Source: a virus
Lineage: Duplodnaviria > Heunggongvirae > Uroviricota > Caudoviricetes
Direction: 5' to 3' (one strand)
IMG/VR virus record: IMGVR_UViG_3300013936_000013
Location: 77,246-141,245 of that record
DNA: 64,000 nucleotides
Shown: in pieces, positions 21,705 to 32,328 of the stretch
How the letters are laid out: every line of letters starts with the position of its first letter
Position numbering within the stretch: the stretch's first letter is position 1
Notes under the pieces: model-generated
Seen by the model: the letters and a program-made list of their open reading frames with translations, nothing else
Database searches by the model: none
What the model was told of the DNA's origin: nothing
Made by a program: the position numbers and the translations under genes

Positions 21705-22643
21705 TTAGCTTCCTCCTTTGGTGCTATTCATACCATAAATATTGCTTTGATATAATTCAATCCACAATTTTTCTTTTTCATTTAACTAATCTCTTGGGCA
21801 TTCTTCAAGAACCTCAAAGGTAAAATTCCAAATACCATCTTGTTGCATTGAAGTATAAAGTTTGTTAGATGCTGAAGCCCCAATGCCGCAACCGCACTTA
21901 CAATGTTGTTTAAAACGTTCTCCAATAGAAACACTCTAACCAATGTAACACTGTTGCGTTTTTAAATTAGTAATTTTATAAATACCAGTTTTATCAGTTT
22001 TACCTACAATTCTAGTACTCATTTCAGATACTTTCTTTTGTAAGTATTCAGACCAAATAAGTTTATTTAAAACTGTAACATTCCTAAAGCTGCTTCTTAA
22101 ATTGAATAGTAAGTTAATATCATTTAATTCATTTTCGCTCAAGGTAATTTTATAGAAGTCAAGTTTCTTTTTCTTTTCTTCTTCTCTTAACTACGCTTCA
22201 ACGCCTGCGGCGAGTGATGCTCTAATCTTACTTAAATCTAATTCAGCTTGTTTCTTTTGGACTTGTAAATTCAAGATATATTTATCAAAATCAGATTCCT
22301 TTTTAGAATACTCATTATCAAGAGTCTCCATATAAAAATGTGCGGCATCCTCTGCTGTGCGCTTATAGTCTAAGGCTTTTTTCGCTTCAGCCTCAGCTTC
22401 TTTCTTCTAATTAGCTAAAACCGCATATTCATTGCCGAGACTATCTAATTCTACCGTTAAATCAAGAATTGAATCATGTAATCTCTATTCTTCTGAAGTG
22501 TCTAGCTCTTGTTTCTTTTTTAATTCTTCCTATAAAGAATTTATCTTATCACATTGCTAGTTATGCTAATAAACTAAATAAATAATAATTCCTGAAAGAA
22601 ATAATAAGCTAAATACAACGAGACAAATAATAAATACTTCCAT
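21705..22643 (-). CDS. free-standing GIY-YIG endonuclease fused in-frame to N-terminal TM/coiled-coil region; ~10 in-frame TAG
   Basis: GIYKITNLKTQQCYIG[TAG]SVSIGERFKQH and LNEKEKLWIELYQSNIYGMN motifs; ATG 22643 to TAA 21705 is open apart from TAG codons; region shows no long ORF under the standard code. Confidence 0.6.
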
Positions 22644-22654
22644 ATCTATCTCCG

Positions 22655-22697
22655 AAAAAAGGGCTAATCAATTAAGATTAGCCCTTATAAAATACTT
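22655..22697. terminator. terminator hairpin
   Basis: agggctaatc...gattagccct inverted repeat. Confidence 0.55.
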
Positions 22698-22701
22698 TTA
22701 C

Positions 22702-22983
22702 TTACTGTGCTACACGAGGGTCGAAAGCGCGACCTGCGTCAGTTAAACGAATGAACTTTACAGGCTTATGGGTACCATCAGCCAGCTCAATCTCTGCGGG
22801 AATACGCTCCATCAGTGGCTCAGGATTACCCTCAGTATTCTTATGACGCTGGAAAGAAGAAGTCACAATACCATTAACAGAACGGACACCCAGACCAACA
22901 CCATCAGCAATATCCTGTGCGGTAAACTGCTCACCATCATGCTGCTTCACGAAATCATAAACAAGAATAGAATTTTCCTTCAT
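22702..22983 (-). CDS. hypothetical small DNA-binding-like protein (93 aa)
   Basis: Intact ORF; helix-turn-helix-like segment FTAQDIADGVGLGVRSVNGIV. Confidence 0.4.
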   Translation of the reverse strand: MKENSILVYDFVKQHDGEQFTAQDIADGVGLGVRSVNGIVTSSFQRHKNTEGNPEPLMERIPAEIELADGTHKPVKFIRLTDAGRAFDPRVAQ

Positions 22984-23047
22984 AATATATAAATCTCCTT
23001 AAATCTTTTTAATATCTTTATTGTATTATAATTATATCATAAAATTT

Positions 23048-23218
23048 TTATTTATTCAACATCTTATTTCTTATGATATAGTCATCAATTTCTAACATCT
23101 CATCCACAGAAAGATTTTTAATGAGTTCCATCATTTGATACTCTTTATCTTCCTTAGATGTTTTTAGATTTTCAAGCTGAACAATCTATTCAGCAATTTT
23201 TTTTAATCTCTTTTTCAT
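23048..23218 (-). CDS. hypothetical small protein (56 aa); 1 in-frame TAG
   Basis: ATG 23218, TAG read-through, TAA 23048. Confidence 0.3.
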
Positions 23219-23242
23219 ATTATTATTTTACCATAAAAATTT

Positions 23243-25225
23243 TTATAAATCAAATTGATTCATAAAATCTTCCTCAGATATAATCGGAATGTTAGCTGCC
23301 TTAGCCGCATTATTTTTAGCACTATTACTATTGATGTCATTATTGATAAGATAATTAACTTTCTTAGAAATAGAGCCTACGACTTTACCGCCATGAGATC
23401 CAATTTCATTAACTAAAGCATCTCTATTTTTATAATGCTTCAATTTACCAGTAATAACAAAAACCATATTTTTCATAGTGTCATTACTCTCTTGGTTATT
23501 CTCTGTCTTAAAAGAAAGATAATGAGCACATTTATCTGCTTCTGTAAAATCAAAAGCCTTAATATAGTTATGCATTTCCTCTCCAAAACCATCAAGAGTA
23601 AAGAAATGGTAAGTGTCATCTTCTACCGCGTCTCTAAAAGAAGCCCAATCGTTAAATTTTTTAGCTAGAATCTTAGCGACATTTGGACCAATTTCAGGAA
23701 TGCCAATAGCAGAGATAAATTGCCATAATTCACAATTTTTACTTGCTTCAATAGCATCAAGAATTTTAGTTACAGATTTCTCACCAAAACCCACTTTCTT
23801 TTTCCAGTCTGCGGCAAAGGTGTTAAGAGTATAAATATCTGAAGTTTTATTAATCCAACCCCAATCAATTAATTTCTCTAATGTAGCTTTTGAAAGACCT
23901 TTAATATCAAGTCCTTTCTTGCTACAATAATGGTCAATAATATTAATTAATTTACCTTGGCAATTAGGATTATCACAATAAAGCTGCTCTGTACCTGTAT
24001 CAGATATAATTACTCTAGTGGCTCCGCCGCAAATAGGACAAATAGAAGGAATCTCAATTTTTTCTCCATAAAATTCTTCTACAACGCCGCTGACCTGAGG
24101 AATAATCATGTTAGCTTTGAAAATAGAAATAGTGCAATCTTTCTCTTTAATGCCTAAAGCCTTCATAGTATTAATATTATGTAAACTAGCTCTTGATACT
24201 TCAGAGCCTTCAATATCTAGCGGGTCAAAGATTGCCACAGGAGTTAGAACACCAGTTCTACCCATCGTCCACTCAATATCTCTTAAAGTCGTTTCATAAG
24301 TTTCATCATAAAACTTATAAGCCAGACCTCCACGGAAGTGATGATTAGTCGCGCCAAGAGACTGATAATATTCACAATCATTATATTTAAAGACAATACC
24401 ATCAATAGGATAAGAAAGAAGCTGAGTATCTTTTTTTAAAGTATCAATAGTTTCCTTAATGGTCAGTTCATCTTTATTAGTGAAATATGGAACAGAAAAA
24501 AATCCTCTCGTTACCAACCAGTTTAATTTTTGAGAAAGAGTTTTAAAATTGCTAATTGAAGAGGTGATAATATCCCAAGCGACAAAAGTTAAATCACGAG
24601 TAACACATTCTTTAGAATCCAAAAGTCTAATACTACCTGCGGCGAAGTTTCGAGGATTCATATAACCATCAGCATCACGCGGATCAGCCTTTTTAAAACC
24701 TTCAAAGTCCTGATAGGTACAAATAATTTCACCATCAACAACTAAATCAATATCCATACCTAATCGCTTAGGAATAGAATCAATAACCATTGCATTATGA
24801 AGAATATTTTCTCCAATTTCTCCATTGCCGCGGGTCTCAGCTCCTACGAGTTTACCATGTTCATACTTCAAAGAGCAAGTAAGACCATCCATCTTTGCCA
24901 TAGCAATCCAAGGTTTATCTCCAATAAAAGATTCAACCGCATTAACGTCTTTAGTTTTATCCAAAGAAAGCATAGGATGATTATGTTTAACCTTTTCCAA
25001 TTTGCTTACTTTTGTAAAATGAATAATTTGAGTCGGAGAATCTTCACACCAGTAATGACAAGCATCTTCAGCTCGTTTAAGCCAAAAATACTTTTCATCC
25101 CATTCTGCATCAGTCATAATAGGATGACCTGCATCATATGCAGCAGTAGCATCATTAAGCTCTTTCGTTACTTTAATAATTTGTGCAATAGTATTTTCAA
25201 AATCATCTGCTTTTAATTCTATCAT
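23243..25225 (-). CDS. ligA: NAD-dependent DNA ligase
   Basis: Adenylation motif KMDGL, OB/Zn-finger/HhH and C-terminal BRCT-like region; 660 aa. Confidence 0.85.
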   Translation of the reverse strand: MIELKADDFENTIAQIIKVTKELNDATAAYDAGHPIMTDAEWDEKYFWLKRAEDACHYWCEDSPTQIIHFTKVSKLEKVKHNHPMLSLDKTKDVNAVESFIGDKPWIAMAKMDGLTCSLKYEHGKLVGAETRGNGEIGENILHNAMVIDSIPKRLGMDIDLVVDGEIICTYQDFEGFKKADPRDADGYMNPRNFAAGSIRLLDSKECVTRDLTFVAWDIITSSISNFKTLSQKLNWLVTRGFFSVPYFTNKDELTIKETIDTLKKDTQLLSYPIDGIVFKYNDCEYYQSLGATNHHFRGGLAYKFYDETYETTLRDIEWTMGRTGVLTPVAIFDPLDIEGSEVSRASLHNINTMKALGIKEKDCTISIFKANMIIPQVSGVVEEFYGEKIEIPSICPICGGATRVIISDTGTEQLYCDNPNCQGKLINIIDHYCSKKGLDIKGLSKATLEKLIDWGWINKTSDIYTLNTFAADWKKKVGFGEKSVTKILDAIEASKNCELWQFISAIGIPEIGPNVAKILAKKFNDWASFRDAVEDDTYHFFTLDGFGEEMHNYIKAFDFTEADKCAHYLSFKTENNQESNDTMKNMVFVITGKLKHYKNRDALVNEIGSHGGKVVGSISKKVNYLINNDINSNSAKNNAAKAANIPIISEEDFMNQFDL

Positions 25226-25257
25226 ACTATTTCTCCTATTATTTATTTTCTATAAAT

Positions 25258-25283
25258 AATTATACCATAATAAATAAAAAAAG
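25258..25283 (-). promoter_or_regulatory. conserved extended -10 promoter (TGGTATAAT variant)
   Basis: Plus aattataccataataaataaaaaaag. Confidence 0.5.
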
Positions 25284-25310
25284 TCAATATAGGATTATCC
25301 TATATTGACC
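25276..25310. terminator. terminator hairpin
   Basis: gtcaatataggat / atcctatattgac inverted repeat. Confidence 0.6.
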
Positions 25311-25316
25311 TGTTAA

Positions 25317-27686
25317 TTAAAGTTTTACAATATAATTAACTTCACTCTTAGTCATAATATTACCTAAGCTAGTTCTTACTAATTCAGGAATGTCAGTAGA
25401 AGAAATACAAATTGAATTAGGCTTACCAATCAATAGAATATTATCTTCCTTAGAAACCATTGCGGCTCCAACTAACTCTCCCGTAGAAGCAACTGCTTTA
25501 TAGCAAACTACGCCTTTTCCCGCACGACCCTGATATGGGAACTCACTTAATGCAGTTTTCTTTGCATAACCTTTTGAAGTAAAGAATGCGATATAATCAT
25601 TCTCATTATGGATTGGCAATCCAATCAAAACCTCATCATCGTCATCTAGTTTAATAGTTTTTACGCCTGCGGTGACTCTGCCAATAGGATTGATAGAAAC
25701 TGTGTCAAAATGGATACTCATACCTTTTCGAGTAATAACCACAATCTCTTCATCTTCAAGGAAAGTTACATTAGCAATAGAATCGCCATCGTTTAATTTA
25801 ATCGCCTGAATGCCAGTACTCTTCTTTACTTTCATATATTCAGAAAGCTCAGTTTTTTTTAATAGACCTTTCTTAGTAAAGAACACAACATACTTTGCTG
25901 TTGACTGACGATAAAGAGAAGTCATTGCAATAACTTTTTCATCATCATCCATAGTGATTAGAGAACTAATTCTTGAACCCTTAACTGTATTAGTTCCAAC
26001 AGGCACATTATCTACAAGCAGTCGATACATCTTACCCTTATTAGTAAAGAACATCAAAGTATCAACTGTATTCGTAGAAATGGTATCAAGAATTGCATCA
26101 TCCAAAGTTTTTACGCCCTTGCCATTTCGCTTTTGAACTTTAAAGCTCTTAGTAGGAACTCGCTTAATGTCTCCATTTTGAGTAAGCACAACAACAACGT
26201 CTTCAGGAGTTACTGTTGCAATCTCTTTCTCTTCAGGAGCAACATTAATTTGAGTAAGTTCTGTGCGACGAGCATCACCATATTTAGTCATTAATGCTGT
26301 TAATTTATTTTTAAGAACGATTTTTTGCTCATCTTCACTGTTAATTAAAACAGTCAAATTTTTAACAGATTCATCCAATTCAGCTTTTTCATTTTGTAGC
26401 TCAATTTTTTCCAAGCCAGCCAATTTACCAAGCTTCATATCAACAATAGCTTTAGCCTGATTAATAGTAAAACCATGGATTGAAGTTAAATTAGACACAG
26501 CATCCGCAGAACTCTTAGACTTTTTGATTAGAGCAATGATATTATCAATATCTTCAAGAGCTTTCAAAAGACCATCAACAATCTCTAATCGAGCTTTTGC
26601 TTTGTTAATATCAAATTCTGCTTCTCTCTTGATACACTCAAGATTATGTTTAATGTAAATCTTAATACAATCTACTAAGCCCAACTCAACAGGAGATTTA
26701 TCCACAAGAGCTACCTGATTGTAAGAAATTGAAGTCTGCAAATCAGTCTTTGCAAAAAGTTTTTTTACAACCGCATCAGGATTAGCATCCTTTTGGCATT
26801 CAATAACAATGCGGATTCCCTTTTTGTTACTTTCATCTCGAATCTCAGAAATACCTTCAACCTCTTTAGAGTCACAAACTTCTCCAATTTCAGTCATAAG
26901 GCCTTCAAGAGTCAACCCATAAGGAATCTCATAAAAGATAATTTTCTGCTTCTCAATGGTATATTTGCCACGAACTTTTACACTACCATGACCTGTTTTC
27001 ATAATTACGGGAATGTCATTTTTATTGATAATAATACCACCCGTAGGGAAATCAGGACCAGGTAAGACTGGTTCTTTTCCATCCATGTAATCAATAATTG
27101 CGGTTCCGACCTCGTTCAAATTGTGCGGGAGCCAGCTACAAGCCATCGCCACGCCGATACCTGTATTAGGATTACACAACAGATTAGGAAAGACAGAAGG
27201 CAAAGTTACAGGCTCTTCATCATTTTCGTCATAGTTAGGAATAAAATCAACAATCTTTTTCTTTAGACCATTGAGCATTCCATCTTCAGAAATCTTTGCC
27301 AATCTTGCATTAGTATAACGATAAGCTGCAGGTCCATCACCACCAATATTACCCATATTACCATGGAAATCAATCAGCGGATAACGCATTACCCAAGGCT
27401 GAGAAAGATGAACAAGAGCGCCATAAATTGAACTGTCACCATGCGGATGCCAATTGCCCATAACATCACCAACAATTTTTGCACATTTTGCGTACTCTTT
27501 ATTTGAAGCATAACCGCCGTCATAAGCGCCCCAAAGAATGCGGCGAGCGACAGGTTTAAGTCCGCTTCGAGCATCAGGTATACTTCTGTCCAAATTTACA
27601 GCTGCCGCATATTCAATAAAATTTTTACTTAATTCATATTGAAGGTCATTAATTTGATATTTATCTTTTAATTCAATATTATTCAA
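25317..27686 (-). CDS. type II DNA topoisomerase subunit A (GyrA/ParC-like; T4 gp52-like); TTG start
   Basis: ARSGLKPVARRILWGAYDG (GyrA N-terminal motif), 789 aa. Confidence 0.8.
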   Translation of the reverse strand: MNNIELKDKYQINDLQYELSKNFIEYAAAVNLDRSIPDARSGLKPVARRILWGAYDGGYASNKEYAKCAKIVGDVMGNWHPHGDSSIYGALVHLSQPWVMRYPLIDFHGNMGNIGGDGPAAYRYTNARLAKISEDGMLNGLKKKIVDFIPNYDENDEEPVTLPSVFPNLLCNPNTGIGVAMACSWLPHNLNEVGTAIIDYMDGKEPVLPGPDFPTGGIIINKNDIPVIMKTGHGSVKVRGKYTIEKQKIIFYEIPYGLTLEGLMTEIGEVCDSKEVEGISEIRDESNKKGIRIVIECQKDANPDAVVKKLFAKTDLQTSISYNQVALVDKSPVELGLVDCIKIYIKHNLECIKREAEFDINKAKARLEIVDGLLKALEDIDNIIALIKKSKSSADAVSNLTSIHGFTINQAKAIVDMKLGKLAGLEKIELQNEKAELDESVKNLTVLINSEDEQKIVLKNKLTALMTKYGDARRTELTQINVAPEEKEIATVTPEDVVVVLTQNGDIKRVPTKSFKVQKRNGKGVKTLDDAILDTISTNTVDTLMFFTNKGKMYRLLVDNVPVGTNTVKGSRISSLITMDDDEKVIAMTSLYRQSTAKYVVFFTKKGLLKKTELSEYMKVKKSTGIQAIKLNDGDSIANVTFLEDEEIVVITRKGMSIHFDTVSINPIGRVTAGVKTIKLDDDDEVLIGLPIHNENDYIAFFTSKGYAKKTALSEFPYQGRAGKGVVCYKAVASTGELVGAAMVSKEDNILLIGKPNSICISSTDIPELVRTSLGNIMTKSEVNYIVKL

Positions 27687-28578
27687 TTAAATATTCATCT
27701 CCTAACAACATTTCTAATGTAATCTAATCTCTTTCCCAATAAGGAATTCGTACTAATGGTATATTATTTTCTCTACAATATTGATTTTTAATTTTATCAT
27801 TCTTCTAAATAGATTCTAAATCATAGGTAAAAAAATTCTATTCTTTAAAATGTTGTATCCCATCAAATTCAATCAATCTAATTAATTTTTCCTTTTGATA
27901 AATACCAAAATCATATCTTAAAGGTTTAATATTTTTTAACTCTTTAAAAGTAACTTGCTTTTTATATTCAATATGATTAATTTTTAATATATTTTCAATA
28001 TTAATTTCACCAATAGAAGTTGATATGCATCCACAAGACTACACAGTTCCGTCTTTCAAATGAGAACTGGAAACTTCATGCTATTTTCCACAATCACATT
28101 GACAAACCCAATACATATGAGAACCATCTTTCATTGAGGTTGGATACATTGCAATTAATTTACCAAATCTTTGTCCTTTTAAATTTTCAAAAGTTTTATG
28201 ATAAGGACAATTCACTTTACCACAACTATTAACAGAACCTCCATTTAAATTATTTGAAGTTACTTCATGTTCATTTCCGCAATCACATTTACATTCCCAA
28301 ATAATACTTCTATGAAGTCGTTTTCCAGTATCTTTTATTACAGTTAAATGTCCAAATCGCCTTCCGACTAAACGAGTACTTAATTCAACTTCCTTCTTAG
28401 GAGGAATTAATTTTTTATCAATAATTACTTGATAATCTGGATTAGGCCAACTTCCTGTTTTAGTTACAATATATCCTTTATCTCGCATAGCTTTCTAAGT
28501 TCTACCAAAGCTAGTTTTTAAAGTAGAAAGACTATAACCATACTATTTACTAAATTCTTCTTTAGTCATATTAGTCAT
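27679..28578 (-). CDS. putative nuclease: tandem Cys-rich zinc-ribbon repeats + C-terminal PD-(D/E)XK (Vsr/DUF559-like) domain; 4 in-frame TAG
   Basis: Two repeats of W.C.CDCG.EHEV.S..L..G.V.SCG; C-terminus YDFGIYQKEKLIRLIEFDGIQHF...NIPLVRIPYWE resembles the Vsr-like endonuclease fold; GGAG RBS + ATG 28578; sits between topo II A and B genes. Confidence 0.5.
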
Positions 28579-28683
28579 AAAAAACTCCTTATATTATATA
28601 TTATATTTTATTATAATAATATAAAAAATTATTATGCTTATTTTGTTACTATTGACCAAAATAGTCTATAAAAAATTAATTCA

Positions 28684-29083
28684 TTAAATGCCATAAGTTG
28701 CCTCCTGTGAATGCTGTTTAATAAATTCCTTACGAGGTGCGATTGCAGTGCCCATTAAGTCATCGAATAAAGTATCTGCAGCTATTGCATCCTCGACAGT
28801 AATCTGCCGAATATTGCGAAGCTCTGGATTAACAAGAACATCGGTCTCATCTACATCCATTTCACCGAGTCCCTTAAGGTGTTTCACGACATACTTTTTA
28901 CCAATATTCTTAGTTCGATACTCTTCTAAAGCTGCATCATCTTTTAGATAAATAAATTTATCTTTGCCTTCAGTTACTTTATATAGTGGGGGGACACCTG
29001 CATATACATATCCATCTTTGATAAGCTGCGGACAGAACGTCCAGATAAAAGTATAAAACAAGTTCTTGATATGCGCGCCATCA
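28684..29083 (-). CDS. type II topoisomerase subunit B (GyrB-like), exon 2 (C-terminal Toprim tail)
   Basis: DGAHIKNLFYTFIWTFCPQLIKDGYVYAGVPPLYKV aligns with GyrB [36 protein letters not shown]; C-terminus ...LMGTAIAPRKEFI matches GyrB end. Confidence 0.75.
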
Positions 29084-30177
29084 CGTGTCACTCCTATGTT
29101 TCCATAGGCACTGACTAACTTTTACTCTCTTAGAGAGGAAACCATTTCGGTATTTCATTAGCTTCGTTTCCTAAAACTAAACTGCGTATCAATAGCAGCC
29201 CTACTTCCCTGCCCAGAAGACTTAGGGAATAGTCGATACAGGTTCAAATATTTATCCATTTCTTTTCTTTTTTCTTATAAATAGGAAGATTTTTATAACT
29301 TCTCCCCCAAAGCATTGCTTGAAATGCTTGATATGAAATTCTACTCTTATAGTCTTCATAGATTTGCCGAGCATTTTCATTTACATATCTTTGTCTAATG
29401 GCAATAACTTCTTCATTGGTGAAAACTGCCGAAGCTCCATTTTCGCCACAACTGTTTTGATAAATATAATATTTTTTATTTTCTTCTGTAAACACTTCTG
29501 GCATTATATGTGCCCAAGATTTTCCTTGCCACACAGCTTGAAAAGTTCCAAAAGAAACTATATCTTTATATTTCTCATAAACATCTTTTTGCTTCAAATG
29601 ATTGTTATATGCTTTTCTTATTTCAATAACATCTTGTTCTGTCAGTTTTGAACGTCCATTATTTTCACCAATGGATTGCTGATCTCCGCCTTCAGAGCAA
29701 TTATATCCTTTCTCAATAGAATTATAATATCGAATCCAATAAGATTCTCTTTCATTCAATTTTTCTATTGAACACTCTTCAATTACTTCATAAGTAAAAG
29801 CATCTTTTCCATACTTTTTTATTGCTACGTCAACAGGAATTCGACTAGACTCTCCTTTTGTCTAATGTTCTTTAAAACGACGCTCACAATCATTTGATTG
29901 CCCAATATAACATTTGCCATTTTCTTTTTTTGTAATTTTATAAATTCCTACCATTTTTATTCTCCTTCATTCTATAAAAATTTTATTTGAAAGAGAATGG
30001 ATAAATATTAGTTTCCCACGGGATTCCCATGCCTTTCAGTTTAGGGTTCCCCGTTAGCAAAATTCTTTTTCTCTTTCATATTTATGTGAGAACCGTATGG
30101 GTCACATAAATATGTCCTGTCCAAAAAAATTTTACCCGCTTGATCAAGCGTAAAGTTTTTCATACGCCGAATAGTTG
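29084..30177 (-). mobile_element. group I intron (1094 nt) in topo II subunit B gene, carrying GIY-YIG homing endonuclease ORF
   Basis: 5' exon ends ...GACGU, intron ends ...GACACG, exon 2 starts UGAUGGC; join gives DADVDG Toprim motif; P/Q elements (UGCUAACGGGGAACC...GGAAUCCCGUGGG) and R/S elements (CGACUAUUCC...AAAGUUAGUCAG); exon-1 frame hits TGA 45 nt into the intron. Confidence 0.75.
29244..29954 (-). CDS. GIY-YIG homing endonuclease with NUMOD-like repeats (intron-encoded); 1 in-frame TAG
   Basis: GGAGAAT RBS + ATG 29954; MVGIYKITKKENGKCYIGQSNDCERRFKEH[TAG]TKGE...; C-terminal repeats GENNGRSKLTEQDVIEIRKAY and GENGASAVFTNEEVIAIRQRY. Confidence 0.75.
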
Positions 30178-31685
30178 ACGTCTGCATCACTCTCAATAAT
30201 GATCTTGCCATAACGAAGATCTTCAGGTCGGTAAGTAAGTTTCATAGTTTTCATGTCTACTGAAAGACCAAATGCTTCAATCATTGTCATAATTTCTGCA
30301 TTCTTTTGAATCTTATCAAGACTTGCCTTACGAACATTAAGAATCTTTCCTCGAACTGGCATAATTGCTTGATAGGCATTGTCTCTTGCCATTTTGAGGT
30401 TGCCCGATGCCGAATCGCCCTCGGTCACATAAATCTCACACCTAGACCGATCCTTCCCATTGCAATCCGCCAATTTACTATCAAACTTAAGAACCTTTTC
30501 TTTCTTTTTCTTCTGATTCTCACGAACTGCTTCTCTAGCTTTCTTCGCTGCATCTCTAGCTTTACGCGCATTAATCGCCTTATCCGCAATTACCTTGATT
30601 TCTTTCTCATTATTATTCAACCAATACTGAATATGCTCAGTTAAAACAGAAGTAAAAGGAGTCATATCAATCTTAACGATTCGACTCTTGGTCTGAGCAT
30701 CATAAGAAATATTCGGTGCAGTAATATTAAATACAATTAACATACCTTCCTGAATATCATCGCCGCTCAGATTTTCGTCCTTCTCTTTTAGCCACTTCTT
30801 ATCTCGGAAGAATTTATTAAACTCACGAGTAATAAGAGTCTTAATTTGGGTGATATGCGGACCGCTATCAGTCTCACCAGTATTAACATAAGAAACCATA
30901 TTCAAAGCATACTTATCGGTATAAGTAAGAATAAAATCTAATTTATTACGACCCTGCTCGTACTGAATCTTAAGTCTATTGCTCAGAATTTCATTATCTT
31001 TTGCAATATCTGTAACCAAATCATTCAGACCATCTTTCGATACAAAAGAGATAGTATCTTTTCCATCATGGGATAAGTTTATTGTTAGACCTGGACATAG
31101 ACATACAAGAACCTTAAACAGTTCTTTAATTCGATTAACTTCAATTCCTGCATTAGTGAAAAATTCTTCACTGGGAAGCCAATGAACAATAGTACCAGTA
31201 TGATTAGAACCCTGCTCTCCTGTCTTTCGAGAATCAAAAACACCTTCCTTAAAGGATACTGACTCCATTTTACCATCTCGATAGGTAGAAACTTCCAGCC
31301 AATGAGAAAGATAATTTGTCAGCTTACTACCAATACCATTCAAGCCAAGCGCAGTACCTTCATAAACACCATCATCAGTAAACTTACCAGAAGTATTTAA
31401 GACATCAAAAGATGCCTGAAGAACAGTTTCCCCATCTTCACGCATTACATTAACTGGAAATCCCTGTGCAAAATCTTCAACTGTACATTCACCAGAATCC
31501 TTATAATCAACATTAATTACATTGCCATGACCTGCGGAAAATTCATCAATAGCATTAGAAACAATCTCAATCAAAAGCTGAGTACTATATTCAGTACTAC
31601 CACAATAAACTCCCGGACGAAGTCTTGTAAACTCTAATGGGCTAAGCGAAGCAATAGAATCTTCTGTATATAACTTATCGCTCAT
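30178..31685 (-). CDS. type II topoisomerase subunit B (GyrB-like), exon 1 (GHKL ATPase + transducer + start of Toprim)
   Basis: 513-aa ORF with GHKL ATPase N-terminus; ends ...YGKIIIESDADV at proposed splice site. Confidence 0.75.
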
Positions 31686-31710
31686 TATTTTCCTTCTTTC
31701 TTTTTATTAC

Positions 31711-31735
31711 TATATATATTATATCATATTTTTAA
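31711..31735 (-). promoter_or_regulatory. conserved extended -10 promoter (TGATATAATATATA)
   Basis: Plus tatatatattatatcatattttt upstream of topo B start. Confidence 0.5.
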
Positions 31736-32251
31736 TTGTACGTCAATATTTAATTTTAAAGATAAGTCTATATTGTTTGCTAAAATAATCTCTTCAAATT
31801 TTGCTGAATTATGTGTTGCAAGAGCATCCGCAAGTTCATTACCAATTAAATCTTTATGTCCTCTACATTTATTAACTTGACACATAAAAAAATCTGTGCT
31901 AAGATATTTATATAAGGCTTTTACATAATTGATATTTTCTACTTCTTTCTTTTTACTATTTTTCCAATTATTTCTTACCCATGTATAAATCCAATTATTA
32001 CAAATATTTACACAATAGGCAGAATCAGAATAAATAATACAAGGCTCATTTGGATGATATTTAGTAGCATATTCAAAAGCATAAAGAATTGCTCTTAATT
32101 CCATTTGATTATTAGTAACGTGTTTAAACTACTCTTGGTAACAGTGAATAATCGCGGTTTCCTTAGCTCCATCGCATTGATAAACCACAATTCCAAAGCC
32201 TCCAAGACCTGGATTCCCGCGGCTGCTTCCATCTGTATAAATATGAATCAT
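31724..32251 (-). CDS. rnhA: ribonuclease H; 1 in-frame TAG
   Basis: AGGAGG RBS + ATG 32251; MIHIYTDGSSRGNPGLGGFGIV then TAG, then TNNQMELRAILYA...; ORF track only shows the portion after the TAG. Confidence 0.75.
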
Positions 32252-32267
32252 AGTTATATTCCTCCTT

Positions 32268-32296
32268 TATAATATATTATAACATAAAAAAATAAG
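32268..32296 (-). promoter_or_regulatory. conserved extended -10 promoter (TGTTATAATATATTATA)
   Basis: Motif copy; terminator hairpin aagagcaggttaa...ttaacctgctctt immediately upstream (32294..32324). Confidence 0.55.
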
Positions 32297-32328
32297 AGCA
32301 GGTTAATTATTTAACCTGCTCTTTATTA

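Noticed and set aside
29084-30177. Intein, or simple gene split by a free-standing homing endonuclease, as explanation for the divided topo B gene
   Set aside because: The exon-1 frame hits an in-frame TGA 45 nt after the proposed 5' splice site. The endonuclease has its own RBS and start. Boundaries obey group I rules (U before the 5' splice site, G at the intron end), and joining the exons restores DADVDG exactly. A simple split is not fully excluded without RNA data.
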